64,000 nt of DNA from Cytophagaceae bacterium (GCA_027488865.1 JAIYAU010000042.1:130170-194169); one strand, 5' to 3'. Positions 29,702 to 39,545 are shown, counted from the first letter of the stretch. Made by a program: numbers and translations. The notes: generated by a model from the sequence alone, not told the origin.

Positions 29702-30327
29702 TGATTGCTAGAATAAAATACAGGATAAACCATTATTTATGCAAGATTTTAGGCAATAAATATTCTTTTTTTCTTCTTAATAATAGATTTAAACTAAATG
29801 ATAAAGTTATACTTAAAATTTCATCTGATTGTAAAGTTGTATACCAAAATGGAAAACTTGAAATAGGCAAAAAATGGATTAGTAATGATCCCTTTTACAG
29901 TTTATTTATGATGGGCAAATGTTCTCAATTGATTATTAAGGGTGAATTTGAAATTTATTCTGGAGCAAAAATGTATTTGAATCCAAATGCAGAATTAATA
30001 TTAGGTAGTGGTTATATAAACCATAATTTAAATCTAAGTTGTTTTGAAAAGGTAGAAATAGGACATGGAGTAGCAATTTCAGAAAATGTTTGTATTCGAG
30101 ATTCGGATAATCATGAAATAATAGGTTCTGAAAAACCGAACACTTCTCCTGTGTATATTGGAAATAATGTATGGATTGGCATGAATGTAACAATATTAAA
30201 AGGAGTAAAAATTGGTGACGGAGCAATTATCGCTGCTGGTGCGGTAGTCAATACAGATATTCCATCTAATTGTTTGGCTGGAGGTGTGCCAGCAAAAGTA
30301 CTAAAAACAAACGTGAGCTGGAAATAG
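29701..30327 (+). CDS. Hexapeptide-repeat O-acetyltransferase (maltose/galactoside acetyltransferase-like)
   Basis: IGNNVWIGMNVTILKGVKIGDGAIIAAGAVVNTDIPSNCLAGGVPAKV. Confidence 0.75.
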   Translation: MIARIKYRINHYLCKILGNKYSFFLLNNRFKLNDKVILKISSDCKVVYQNGKLEIGKKWISNDPFYSLFMMGKCSQLIIKGEFEIYSGAKMYLNPNAELILGSGYINHNLNLSCFEKVEIGHGVAISENVCIRDSDNHEIIGSEKPNTSPVYIGNNVWIGMNVTILKGVKIGDGAIIAAGAVVNTDIPSNCLAGGVPAKVLKTNVSWK

Positions 30328-30328
30328 A

Positions 30329-31243
30329 ATGACAAAGGTATCAGTAATTCTTCCTAACTATAATCATGAAAAATACCTCGAAGAGCGGATCGAAAGCATA
30401 TTAAAACAAACTTTTCAGAATTTTGAAATAATTATTTTAGATGATTGTTCTAAAGATAAAAGTTTAGAAATTATAAAATCTTATAAAGATAACTTGAAAA
30501 TTATCGAAGTTTTAATTAACAAAGTAAACTCAGGAAGTACCTTTAGGCAATGGCAAAAAGGACTAAACCTAGCGAATGGAAAGTATATTTGGATAGCTGA
30601 AAGTGATGATTTTGCCGAGTATACTTTTTTAGAAAAGACTGTTGATTATCTTGATAATCACTCAGATTCGCATGTGGTAGGTGTTGATAGCAATTTAGTA
30701 GATTCTGAAGGACTAATTTTGCAAAAAGGCTATGGTCACCTTTGTTATAATTTAGAAAATACTTCTGAACTTAATGGGCAAGATTTTTTTTTAACACACA
30801 TGACCATTGGTAATTCCTTTTCAAATGCCAGTGCAGTATTGTTTCGAAAAGAGGTAATAAATTTTGATTTATCGGTGCTTGCCAATTACAAACTTTGTGG
30901 AGATTGGATTTTTTGGTCATTAATTGCACTTAAGGGTAATGTTGGAATAATACCGGAATGTTTATCTAACTTTAGACAACATCCAAAATCAGTACGCAAT
31001 ACAATAAATTTAATCGAGGAAAAGGAAGAAATAATTCGTGCCTTAGACTTTATTTTACACTTGGCTAAACTTAATGATCCATTTAAGCAACAAGTATATA
31101 ATTCATATTTTAATCAGTTTCGTAATAACGGTTTTGAATACTTATATTTGAGAAACGCCATGCACGATCCCACTATTTGGCAAAAAAAGTGGAAATATTT
31201 AAAATATCAATTTTTGAAAAAACTTATGAATATTCTATCCTAA
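30329..31243 (+). CDS. Glycosyltransferase family 2
   Basis: VSVILPNYNHEKYLEERIESILKQTFQNFEIIILDDCSKDKS; later ESDD motif. Confidence 0.8.
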   Translation: MTKVSVILPNYNHEKYLEERIESILKQTFQNFEIIILDDCSKDKSLEIIKSYKDNLKIIEVLINKVNSGSTFRQWQKGLNLANGKYIWIAESDDFAEYTFLEKTVDYLDNHSDSHVVGVDSNLVDSEGLILQKGYGHLCYNLENTSELNGQDFFLTHMTIGNSFSNASAVLFRKEVINFDLSVLANYKLCGDWIFWSLIALKGNVGIIPECLSNFRQHPKSVRNTINLIEEKEEIIRALDFILHLAKLNDPFKQQVYNSYFNQFRNNGFEYLYLRNAMHDPTIWQKKWKYLKYQFLKKLMNILS

Positions 31244-31244
31244 A

Positions 31245-32288
31245 ATGCCAACAAATCAACCTACTATATCAGTTGTTATGCCAGTATTCAATGCAAATTT
31301 ATATGTGAAAGAAGCTGTTCAAAGCGTACTTAATCAATCATTTGCAGATTTTGAAATATTGATATTTGACGATTGTTCTACAGACAATTCATATGAAATA
31401 TTGAGCGAATTAGCACAACACGATTCTCGAATAAAACTGTTCAAAAGAGAAAAAAACCTTGGTTTAGTATCAAACTTAAATGACGGAATTAGTAAATCAA
31501 AAGGAGCGTTTATTGCCCGTATGGATGCTGACGATATTTGTCACCCGGAACGTTTTCAAAAACAATTAGATTTTTTCAAAAATAATCAAGACATAGATGT
31601 ATTAGGTACAGCTTTTGAATGTTTTGGTGATATTTGTAAAACTGTTTTACATCCTTTTACAAATGAGGAAATTAAAGAGCGACTTTTTGAATATTGTTGT
31701 ATTGGTCACCCTACAGTGATGTTTCGGAAAAGTATAGTTACTCATCATGAATTATATAAAAAAGAATTATTCCCTTGCGAAGACTACCACCTTTGGGTGG
31801 AATTGATTAAAAAATACAAGTTTGCTAACTTGAAGGAGGTGTTGTTGAATTATAGAATACATAATCACCAAATTTCATCAGAAAGGAAAGTACAGCAAGA
31901 AGAATTGGACAGCTACGCTAAAGTAAAACATTTTGAAGGGCGAGGGGAGGGACTAAATTCGCATTGTGAAGAAATTTTACTAAAATTGGTTAATAAAAAA
32001 TTTTCAGTGTTATCATTTTTTGAGGTTCAAAAAGCAGGAACAGAGGTTATTAAAAAAAATACTTCTGATCACTTTTTTGACTCAGAAATGTTAAAAGAGA
32101 AATTGAGACGCTTGATTTATTTTGGGTACTATAATCACACACTAAAAATTGATTATTTACTTTTGTTAAGAAAATCAAATCATTTCATTTTTAAGCCATT
32201 TGATTTTTATCAATTAATAGGATTATATTTTCGATTAGTCATGTCTAGTCTCAAACAGTTTGTTTTAAAATGTTTCAAGGTCCAATAA
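31245..32288 (+). CDS. Glycosyltransferase family 2
   Basis: ISVVMPVFNANLYVKEAVQSVLNQSFADFEILIFDDCSTDNS; MDADD motif. Confidence 0.8.
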   Translation: MPTNQPTISVVMPVFNANLYVKEAVQSVLNQSFADFEILIFDDCSTDNSYEILSELAQHDSRIKLFKREKNLGLVSNLNDGISKSKGAFIARMDADDICHPERFQKQLDFFKNNQDIDVLGTAFECFGDICKTVLHPFTNEEIKERLFEYCCIGHPTVMFRKSIVTHHELYKKELFPCEDYHLWVELIKKYKFANLKEVLLNYRIHNHQISSERKVQQEELDSYAKVKHFEGRGEGLNSHCEEILLKLVNKKFSVLSFFEVQKAGTEVIKKNTSDHFFDSEMLKEKLRRLIYFGYYNHTLKIDYLLLLRKSNHFIFKPFDFYQLIGLYFRLVMSSLKQFVLKCFKVQ

Positions 32289-33106
32289 TCTCAATCATAG
32301 TGCCTTGTTATAATCAAGAAGAATTAATTTTAGAAACGCTTGAAAGTATCCACAATCAAACGTTTTTGAATTGGGAATGTCTTGTCATAAATGACGGTTC
32401 ATCCGATAATTCAAAGCAAATAATAGAAAACTATGTTTCGGATAAATCTAAATTTAGATTAATCAATCAAATCAATAAGGGAGTTTCTGGAGCGCGCAAT
32501 GAGGGGGTGAAGCAGTCGCAGGGTACTTATATAGTGTTTTTGGATGGTGATGATAGATTGTCGTACAATTATTTAGAAGAAACATATAATGCCATTACAA
32601 ATAATTCTGAAATTAAACTAGTTAATTCAAAAATTGAATACTTTGATGAGGTAACAGGAGAGTGGGTCTTGCCACCGTATAATTATTCTGAAATGCTTAT
32701 TGATAGCATGTTGCACCCTACATTTTTGTTTAAAAGAGCTGATTTTCTTAAAACTACGGGCTTCGATGAAACAATGCGTAGAGGAATTGAAGATTGGGAG
32801 TTTTTGATTCGTTTTATGAGTCCATCAGACAAAGTTATGAAACTTGAGTCGGTAACGGTTTTTTATAGAATGAGAAATGTGTCACGAAACAATTCCCTTT
32901 CAAAACAGGAAATGCAAAGCCTTAAAAACTATATTTATCAAAAAAATATAGACAAATATGTAGCCGTTTTAGGCGATTATATTGAATTATATAAATCTAA
33001 AAAGGCTATAGAACACGAATTACAATTATTGAAAAACTCAAAGCAACTAAAAATAAGTAAGAAGATTATAAATATTATAAGAAAGCTAAATATCAAGAAT
33101 TTATGA
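32270..33106 (+). CDS. Glycosyltransferase family 2
   Basis: ISIIVPCYNQEELILETLESIHNQTFLNWECLVINDGSSDNS; LDGDD motif. Overlaps the upstream gene by 19 nt. Confidence 0.8.
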   Translation: MFQGPIISIIVPCYNQEELILETLESIHNQTFLNWECLVINDGSSDNSKQIIENYVSDKSKFRLINQINKGVSGARNEGVKQSQGTYIVFLDGDDRLSYNYLEETYNAITNNSEIKLVNSKIEYFDEVTGEWVLPPYNYSEMLIDSMLHPTFLFKRADFLKTTGFDETMRRGIEDWEFLIRFMSPSDKVMKLESVTVFYRMRNVSRNNSLSKQEMQSLKNYIYQKNIDKYVAVLGDYIELYKSKKAIEHELQLLKNSKQLKISKKIINIIRKLNIKNL

Positions 33107-34215
33107 ATATAAATAGTATGCTCAAAATTGATACTGACAGGCATTTTGGTTATGATTTAGTGAGAGCAATTGCAATTTTAATAGTTTTATTAGGTCATGG
33201 TGATTTACTTTTACAAAATAAATTTCCCAACAGGCCTATGTTTTTTATTATTGATGGTGTTGATTTATTTTTTGTATTAAGCGGTTTTTTGATAGGAGGA
33301 ATATTTATTCAAACAATTGAGAGGAATGATTTTGGAAACAGTATGTTTTTAGAATTTTGGAAAAAAAGGTGGTTTAGGACATTGCCCAATTTTTACTTTA
33401 TGTTATTAGTAACTTTAATAGTAACTTATTTTGTTTATCACAATGTATGGGATTATAATACAAAATATTTATTGTTTTCTCAAGCTTTAATAGGGAAACA
33501 TCCAGACTTTATGCCAGTAGTTTGGAGTTTAGCTGTTGAAGAGTGGTTCTATTTGCTTTTGCCAATAATCTATATGATTATAAAGAAATATATCCCTAGG
33601 ATAACTCCACAAAATGTCATGTTAATTTTGATAATTACAATTGCGTTAGTTTGTCTTTTTATGAGAATGTTTCGTTTTTATAAATTGTCTATAGCGCAAA
33701 CAAACGACTCGGTCCTGATGGATAGTTTTTTTAGGAAATCTACATTTATGCGTTTGGATAGTATAATATACGGTGTTTTAGGTGCATACATTAAGTATTA
33801 CTATTTTGGTTATTGGAAAAAAAATATTTGGATATTTTTTACCATAGGTATAATTGGTATATTGGTTTATTTATATTTAAGATCGCAATATTCAGTATTT
33901 AATTTTGTTTATGGATATAGTATTTTAGGAATATCAGTTATTTCTATTTTTCCTGCAATAGACAGAATTAAAAAATCACCATTCAAAATTGGCTATTTTT
34001 TTACCTTTATTAGTTTAATATCATATTCCTTATACTTAATTCATTTTTCTATAATTCTGGTACCTCTTGAAAAGTATTTTAAAAATTCATCTGAAAGTAT
34101 TGTTTTGGGTATATATTTTTTTTATTTATTATTTTCAATATTATTATCAACAATTTCTTATTTATATATAGAAAAGCCAATGTTGAAACTGAGAGAGAAA
34201 AAATATATATTTTAA
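33103..34215 (+). CDS. Acyltransferase family 3 (integral membrane O-acyltransferase, OafA-like)
   Basis: GYDLVRAIAILIVLLGH N-terminal motif, about 10 TM segments, SYSLYLIH near the C-terminus. Confidence 0.75.
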   Translation: MNINSMLKIDTDRHFGYDLVRAIAILIVLLGHGDLLLQNKFPNRPMFFIIDGVDLFFVLSGFLIGGIFIQTIERNDFGNSMFLEFWKKRWFRTLPNFYFMLLVTLIVTYFVYHNVWDYNTKYLLFSQALIGKHPDFMPVVWSLAVEEWFYLLLPIIYMIIKKYIPRITPQNVMLILIITIALVCLFMRMFRFYKLSIAQTNDSVLMDSFFRKSTFMRLDSIIYGVLGAYIKYYYFGYWKKNIWIFFTIGIIGILVYLYLRSQYSVFNFVYGYSILGISVISIFPAIDRIKKSPFKIGYFFTFISLISYSLYLIHFSIILVPLEKYFKNSSESIVLGIYFFYLLFSILLSTISYLYIEKPMLKLREKKYIF

Positions 34216-34220
34216 TTCAA

Positions 34221-35315
34221 ATGACGACCAAACTCCGACCAATAGCCATACACTTGCCTCAATTTCACCCCTTTGCTCAAAACGACGAATGGTGGGGAAA
34301 AGGCTTTACTGAATGGACAAATGTGGCAAAAACCAAACCACGATTTAAAGGACACTATCAACCTCATTTACCCGCAGATCTGGGCTATTATGACTTAAGA
34401 GTTGAAGAATCGCGAATCGCACAGGCAGACATGGCTGAAGCTTACGGCATTTATGGTTTCTGCTATTACCATTACTGGTTTAACGGTACAAGATTGATGA
34501 ACAGACCCTTGGATGAAATCAGGAAATCAGGCAAGCCTGATTTTCCTTTTATGTTTTGCTGGGCCAACGAAAACTGGACAAGGCGATGGGACGGAGAAGA
34601 GGCTAATGTGTTGATTAAGCAAGATTACAACCTAGAAGACGACAGAAAACACATTAAGTTCTTGATTGACAACTTCTTTGTAGATCCTAGATATATAAAA
34701 GTTGATGGAAAACCATTTTTTGCAATATATAGACCTAGCTTATTTCCCAATTTAAAAGAGACTTCTAATGTTTGGAGAGAAGAGGCTCACAGAGCTGGCC
34801 TCAAGGGATTGTATCTTGGTTACATGAATGGCTTTGATTACAAAATGAACCCAATAGAGATAGGATTTGACGTGGCTATAGATTTTCAACCCGACTTTTA
34901 CAGCTTTCCCCAACCAGTGAATAATTACAAGACATTGTTTGAGAAAATAGGTCTTACAAAGTATAGACCAAACAATAAAGTGGATCGCCATTTTTCCTAT
35001 ACCCAAATCAAAGATGTAATGATGAGTCATTTAAAATCTAGGGATTACAAAATTTACCCCAGCCTCTTCCCTATGTGGGACAACTCGGCCAGAAGAACCA
35101 AAGGTGCCGAGATCATCGTTGGTGCGAGCCCGGAGAAATATGGTGAATGGCTGGAATCAATTTTAAAATACTTCAAACCTTATAGCAAAGAAGAGAATTT
35201 TGTATTTATCAATGCTTGGAATGAATGGGCTGAAGGAAATCACTTAGAGCCATGCCAAAAATGGGGACATCGCTATTTGGAGATAACAAAAGAGGTATTA
35301 TCAAAAAATGCTTGA
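34221..35315 (+). CDS. WbsX-family glycosyltransferase (GH99-like domain), paralog 1
   Basis: IAIHLPQFHPFAQNDEWWGKGFTEWTNV, GFCYYHYWF and NAWNEWAEGNHLEP are hallmarks of the WbsX family. Confidence 0.8.
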   Translation: MTTKLRPIAIHLPQFHPFAQNDEWWGKGFTEWTNVAKTKPRFKGHYQPHLPADLGYYDLRVEESRIAQADMAEAYGIYGFCYYHYWFNGTRLMNRPLDEIRKSGKPDFPFMFCWANENWTRRWDGEEANVLIKQDYNLEDDRKHIKFLIDNFFVDPRYIKVDGKPFFAIYRPSLFPNLKETSNVWREEAHRAGLKGLYLGYMNGFDYKMNPIEIGFDVAIDFQPDFYSFPQPVNNYKTLFEKIGLTKYRPNNKVDRHFSYTQIKDVMMSHLKSRDYKIYPSLFPMWDNSARRTKGAEIIVGASPEKYGEWLESILKYFKPYSKEENFVFINAWNEWAEGNHLEPCQKWGHRYLEITKEVLSKNA

Positions 35316-35554
35316 TCCTTTATTAAGTACGTAGTTACGAACAAATAAAATAATAATCCAATAATGGTTTACCAATAAATAAATTCTTGATCTGATTTCT
35401 GAACATTGAATTAAATGAAAAAAAGTACAGCATATTGTCAACAAGGAAATATTAAAAAATTATTACCTATACATTTGAAAAAATACACTAATTTGAAAGT
35501 TTTAATATTCATTTAAATAACTTTAAGTGTTAAAATTTGGGTTGTAATTTTTTT

Positions 35555-35701
35555 ATGGTTTACCTTGCCATTTCTTTACCTTTGCTATTTTCTTTAATTG
35601 ATAAATTGACTAAGCATCTTATAGGAATGTTTACATTTTTAATTATTGTATCTTACCCATTATATTTGGTGTATTATTCAAATTCTTGGATTGCACTATA
35701 G
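35555..35701 (+). pseudogene. Possible relic of an acyltransferase-3 C-terminus (48-codon ORF in the spacer)
   Basis: LIGMFTFLIIVSYPLYLVYYS resembles KIGYFFTFISLISYSLYLIHFS of the intact AT3 gene at 33103-34215. The similarity is at protein-motif level only. Confidence 0.2.
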
Positions 35702-35859
35702 TATTAATTTAAATACTTGGTTAAAAAATGACGAATATAAAACTGGTAATTTTACTCTGGAACCCTAATATTTACCCATTGGTATTCTTCCTTTTTAATT
35801 TGACTCGAAAAACTCTTTATATACACCGCCATTGAATAATCCGTTTTGTAAATTATTCA

Positions 35860-35867
35860 TAATTTTG
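35860..35867 (+). promoter_or_regulatory. Bacteroidota -7 promoter motif upstream of WbsX paralog 2
   Basis: Perfect TAATTTTG located 16 nt before the ATG at 35884, at the end of a 568-bp non-coding spacer. Confidence 0.3.
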
Positions 35868-35883
35868 AACTTTATTATCCGAG

Positions 35884-37005
35884 ATGAAACTTATAGCCTA
35901 TTATCTACCCCAATACCACCCAATACCTGAGAATGATGCTTGGTGGGGGAAAGGTTTCACAGAATGGACGAATGTAACCAAAGTAAACCCATTATTTGAA
36001 GGACATTATCAACCAAGAGCCCCCAAAGACCTTGGTTATTATGACCTTCGCCTCGAAGACACCAGAATTCAACAGGCAGCATTGGCCAAAACATATGGAA
36101 TCAATGGCTTTTGTTACTACCATTACTGGTTTGGTAACGGAAAAATGCTGTTAGAAAGACCCTCACAAGAAATGCTTAAATCCAAGAAGCCCGACTTTCC
36201 GTTTTGCTTTTGTTGGGCAAACGAAACATGGAAAGGTATCTGGTTTGGCAAAAGCGGAGAAGCTTTAATAACCCAAGAATATCCTAACAGGCAAGATCAT
36301 ATTGACCATTTCAATTACCTGCTCCCGTTCTTTGAAGACGACCGCTATATAAAGGTGGATGGCAAACCTTTGTTTGTTATTTATATTGCTCAAAACATAC
36401 CAGATCTACGCGAGTTTACAGATCTATTTAGAGAATGTGCCGCCAAAGCTGGCCTAAAGGGCTTATATTTGGTGGCATCTAGGTGGGAGAGAGATTGGAG
36501 TCCAATTGCAAATGGCTTAGACGCAGTAATAGATCCCAGTTTTTTTGAGGCTAGATATGGAAACGCTTTACCACCAATCAAGATCTCTTTTAAAGAAAGG
36601 CTGTTAAGAAAGTTGAAAATCATTACAAAGCCGGTGTTTGAATGGGATGTAGAGAAAAGGGACAAACCCTTGATATTTGAGTATGAGGAGGCGATCAAAT
36701 ATCTTATTTCAAAAGAAAAGTATGACTTTGAATGTTTTCCATGCGTTATTCCTGATTGGGATAATTCAGCCAGAGCAGGTAATAAAAGCCTAATTTTTAA
36801 GAATTCGACACCTGAACTTTGGGAAAAGCATTTGAAAGAAGGTATAGACATTGTAATGGACAAACCAGTAGAAAAACAGTTGGTTTTTGTAAAATCGTGG
36901 AACGAATGGGCTGAAGGCAACTATCTTGAACCTGACCAAAAATGGGGTCTTCAATATTTGGAAAGGACTTTTCAATGTGTAAAAGTGGCAAAAGAAAATA
37001 ATTGA
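35884..37005 (+). CDS. WbsX-family glycosyltransferase (GH99-like domain), paralog 2
   Basis: IAYYLPQYHPIPENDAWWGKGFTEWTNV, GFCYYHYWF, KSWNEWAEGNYLEP. Confidence 0.8.
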   Translation: MKLIAYYLPQYHPIPENDAWWGKGFTEWTNVTKVNPLFEGHYQPRAPKDLGYYDLRLEDTRIQQAALAKTYGINGFCYYHYWFGNGKMLLERPSQEMLKSKKPDFPFCFCWANETWKGIWFGKSGEALITQEYPNRQDHIDHFNYLLPFFEDDRYIKVDGKPLFVIYIAQNIPDLREFTDLFRECAAKAGLKGLYLVASRWERDWSPIANGLDAVIDPSFFEARYGNALPPIKISFKERLLRKLKIITKPVFEWDVEKRDKPLIFEYEEAIKYLISKEKYDFECFPCVIPDWDNSARAGNKSLIFKNSTPELWEKHLKEGIDIVMDKPVEKQLVFVKSWNEWAEGNYLEPDQKWGLQYLERTFQCVKVAKENN

Positions 37006-37017
37006 CCTCCATAATCT

Positions 37018-38454
37018 ATGCTTTTCAACTCTTTTGAATTTTTAGCTTTTTTCATTTTAGTCACTAGTCTATATTTTATATTGCCTCATTCATTTAGATG
37101 GTGGATGTTACTTTTGGCTAGTTGCTACTTTTACATGGCATTTGTGCCAGTATATATTCTGATATTAGGGTTTACCATCGTTATTGACTACTTCGCAGGA
37201 CTTCTAATTGAAAGGAATAATGGCAAACGGCGCAAATTTTTTCTAGTTATAAGCATATTGGCCAATGTCGGTATCTTGGCAGTGTTTAAATATTATAATT
37301 TTTTAAATGAAAACATATCCTTCCTTTTAACGAATTTGGGTACGACTAACCCTATTCCATACTTGACCATTTTATTGCCTATCGGCCTCTCTTTCCATAC
37401 TTTTCAGGCAATGAGCTACACCATAGAAGTATATCGTGGTACTCAAAAGGCAGAACGCAACATAGGTATATATGCACTGTATGTGATGTACTACCCACAA
37501 TTGGTGGCAGGACCCATAGAAAGGCCTCAAAACGTATTGTATCAATTTTATAAAAAGCAGCACTTTGATTATGAGAGGGTTGTTTCCGGATTGATTTTAA
37601 TGGTGTGGGGATTATTTAAAAAAGTAGTGATCGCTGATCGGCTGGCACTATTCGTAAATCCAGTATATTCCAACCCTGACCAACATATTGGCATAAGCAT
37701 CATCACAAGCACTTTTTATTTCGCGATTCAAATCTATTGTGATTTTTCTGGCTATACCGATATAGCCATTGGGGCTTCAAAAGTAATGGGCATAGATTTA
37801 ATGGAAAATTTCAAACAACCCTATTTATCCACCAATATTTCTGAATTTTGGACTAGATGGCATATATCATTATCTACCTGGTTTAAAGACTATTTGTATA
37901 TACCCTTGGGAGGCAACAGAGGCACTAAACTCCGTTGGTACTTCAATCTGTTTATTGTATTTATGGTAAGTGGTATATGGCATGGTGCAAGTTGGAACTT
38001 TGTGGTATGGGGAGCGCTACATGGTCTGTTTTTAATAATCTATAACCAATTTGGCAAGAAGGTCTCATTTGGTCGTTTCGGAAATTTCTTTTTGACAATC
38101 AGTTGCGTTTGTTTTGCTTGGATATTTTTTCGAGCTCCTGATTTTCAGACTTCTATAAAGTTGATTTCCAAATTATTTGTTGGATGGGATATTTTTTTCA
38201 AAGAATTTATAAATGGATTTCATGTGATAAAGTATTTCTTGGTGGGCAATCTACTTTCTGAATTTATATTGTCCATTATTCTAATCCTATTCTTACTTAC
38301 AATTGAAGTACTACAGCGAAAAGTTGGTTCTTTGAGAGAAAGATTAAGAACACTTCCGTTTGTAGCTCGATGGTTTTGTTATTATGCAGCTATCGGAATA
38401 ATATTGTTTTTAGGCGTATATGAAGAGAGTTCATTCATATATTTTCAATTTTGA
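37018..38454 (+). CDS. MBOAT family O-acyltransferase (AlgI/DltB-like)
   Basis: FWTRWHISLSTWFKDYLYIPLGG and IWHGASWNF motifs. Polytopic, 478 aa. Confidence 0.85.
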   Translation: MLFNSFEFLAFFILVTSLYFILPHSFRWWMLLLASCYFYMAFVPVYILILGFTIVIDYFAGLLIERNNGKRRKFFLVISILANVGILAVFKYYNFLNENISFLLTNLGTTNPIPYLTILLPIGLSFHTFQAMSYTIEVYRGTQKAERNIGIYALYVMYYPQLVAGPIERPQNVLYQFYKKQHFDYERVVSGLILMVWGLFKKVVIADRLALFVNPVYSNPDQHIGISIITSTFYFAIQIYCDFSGYTDIAIGASKVMGIDLMENFKQPYLSTNISEFWTRWHISLSTWFKDYLYIPLGGNRGTKLRWYFNLFIVFMVSGIWHGASWNFVVWGALHGLFLIIYNQFGKKVSFGRFGNFFLTISCVCFAWIFFRAPDFQTSIKLISKLFVGWDIFFKEFINGFHVIKYFLVGNLLSEFILSIILILFLLTIEVLQRKVGSLRERLRTLPFVARWFCYYAAIGIILFLGVYEESSFIYFQF

Positions 38455-38457
38455 GGT

Positions 38458-39429
38458 ATGAGAAAATTTTTTCTTCGGTTAACAATGTTTATTTTTCCGC
38501 TAATTGCTGGTTTTATTTTACAATACCTCGTTGATGAAGGACTTAAAAAATCAAGCATTTCCCAAAGGTACAAAGAATGGAATGCCATTTTTGAATCTGA
38601 TATCAATGCTGATATTTTGGTTCAAGGAAACTCACGAGCCTCGGTTCAAATCTCGCCCAAAAGTATAGATTCTTCTTTTAAAGTCAATTCTTATAATTTA
38701 GGAGTAGAGGGATACCAGTTTCATATGCAGTATTACAAATTTTTGGCATATCTCAAATATAATAAAAAACCTGATTTTATTATACAAAACATAGATGTCA
38801 ATTCTACATTGACCATACGGAAGGATTTATATGAGCTTGAGCAATTTTTGCCTTATTTAAGTCATCCAGAGATCCGAAACGCTGTCTTGCAATATAAAGG
38901 ATTAGACTATAGGAGTATTTATATACCTTTCTACAAGTACCTTAGCCATAAAAAGTATTACATAGAAGGGCTAACTTCCTTTTTTAAAAAGACAAAATCC
39001 CATAATGATTTATACAAAGGATTTATGCCTCATAACAGAACATGGGATGGTAGTTTTGAAAAATATACTAAGGAGCATCCAAATGGAGTAAGTGTTGAAC
39101 TGGATTCGGAAACAAAAATTTTATTTATCAAATTTTTGGATTTATGTAAATCAAAAGACATAAAGGTCATTTTTGTATATTGTCCTGAATATATCCCTGC
39201 TCAAAAAATGGTCAAAAACAGAGATTCTATTCTTGATATTTTCAAAACTCTGTCCAACACATATGAAATACCAACGCTAGATTATTCTCAGGATAGTATT
39301 TCTTTTATCAAAGATTACTTTTACAACTCACAACATCTTAATTACGAAGGTGTCAGACTATTTAATAAGAAATTGATGAGAGACTTAGATTCATTATCTG
39401 TATCCGATAAACGATATAAGTTTCACTAG
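38458..39429 (+). CDS. Membrane-anchored accessory protein of the MBOAT enzyme (SGNH/DltD/AlgJ-like role inferred)
   Basis: Single N-terminal TM segment and a VQGNSRA segment resembling the GDS(L) block. Position is immediately downstream of the MBOAT gene. Confidence 0.35.
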   Translation: MRKFFLRLTMFIFPLIAGFILQYLVDEGLKKSSISQRYKEWNAIFESDINADILVQGNSRASVQISPKSIDSSFKVNSYNLGVEGYQFHMQYYKFLAYLKYNKKPDFIIQNIDVNSTLTIRKDLYELEQFLPYLSHPEIRNAVLQYKGLDYRSIYIPFYKYLSHKKYYIEGLTSFFKKTKSHNDLYKGFMPHNRTWDGSFEKYTKEHPNGVSVELDSETKILFIKFLDLCKSKDIKVIFVYCPEYIPAQKMVKNRDSILDIFKTLSNTYEIPTLDYSQDSISFIKDYFYNSQHLNYEGVRLFNKKLMRDLDSLSVSDKRYKFH

Positions 39430-39447
39430 CAATTCGTAATTCATCCT

Positions 39448-39545
39448 ATCGACAATTTCAATTACCTGCTCCCTTTCTATGAATACAACCGCAATATCAG
39501 GGAAAATGGCAAATCTTTATTAACTCATTTTTATTCTAATAAGGA
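39448..39545 (+). pseudogene. Fragment of a third WbsX-family gene
   Basis: The DNA aligns by hand to 36301-36390 inside WbsX paralog 2 (ATCGACAATTTCAATTACCTGCTCCC...). It translates to IDNFNYLLPFYEYNRNI versus IDHFNYLLPFFEDDRYI. No start codon and no remainder of the gene. Confidence 0.6.

Noticed and set aside
36390-36920. 176-aa minus-strand ORF, plus two smaller ones at 36790-37012.
   Set aside because: They lie fully inside WbsX paralog 2, whose plus-strand product has strong family motifs. The antisense translation has no recognisable features.
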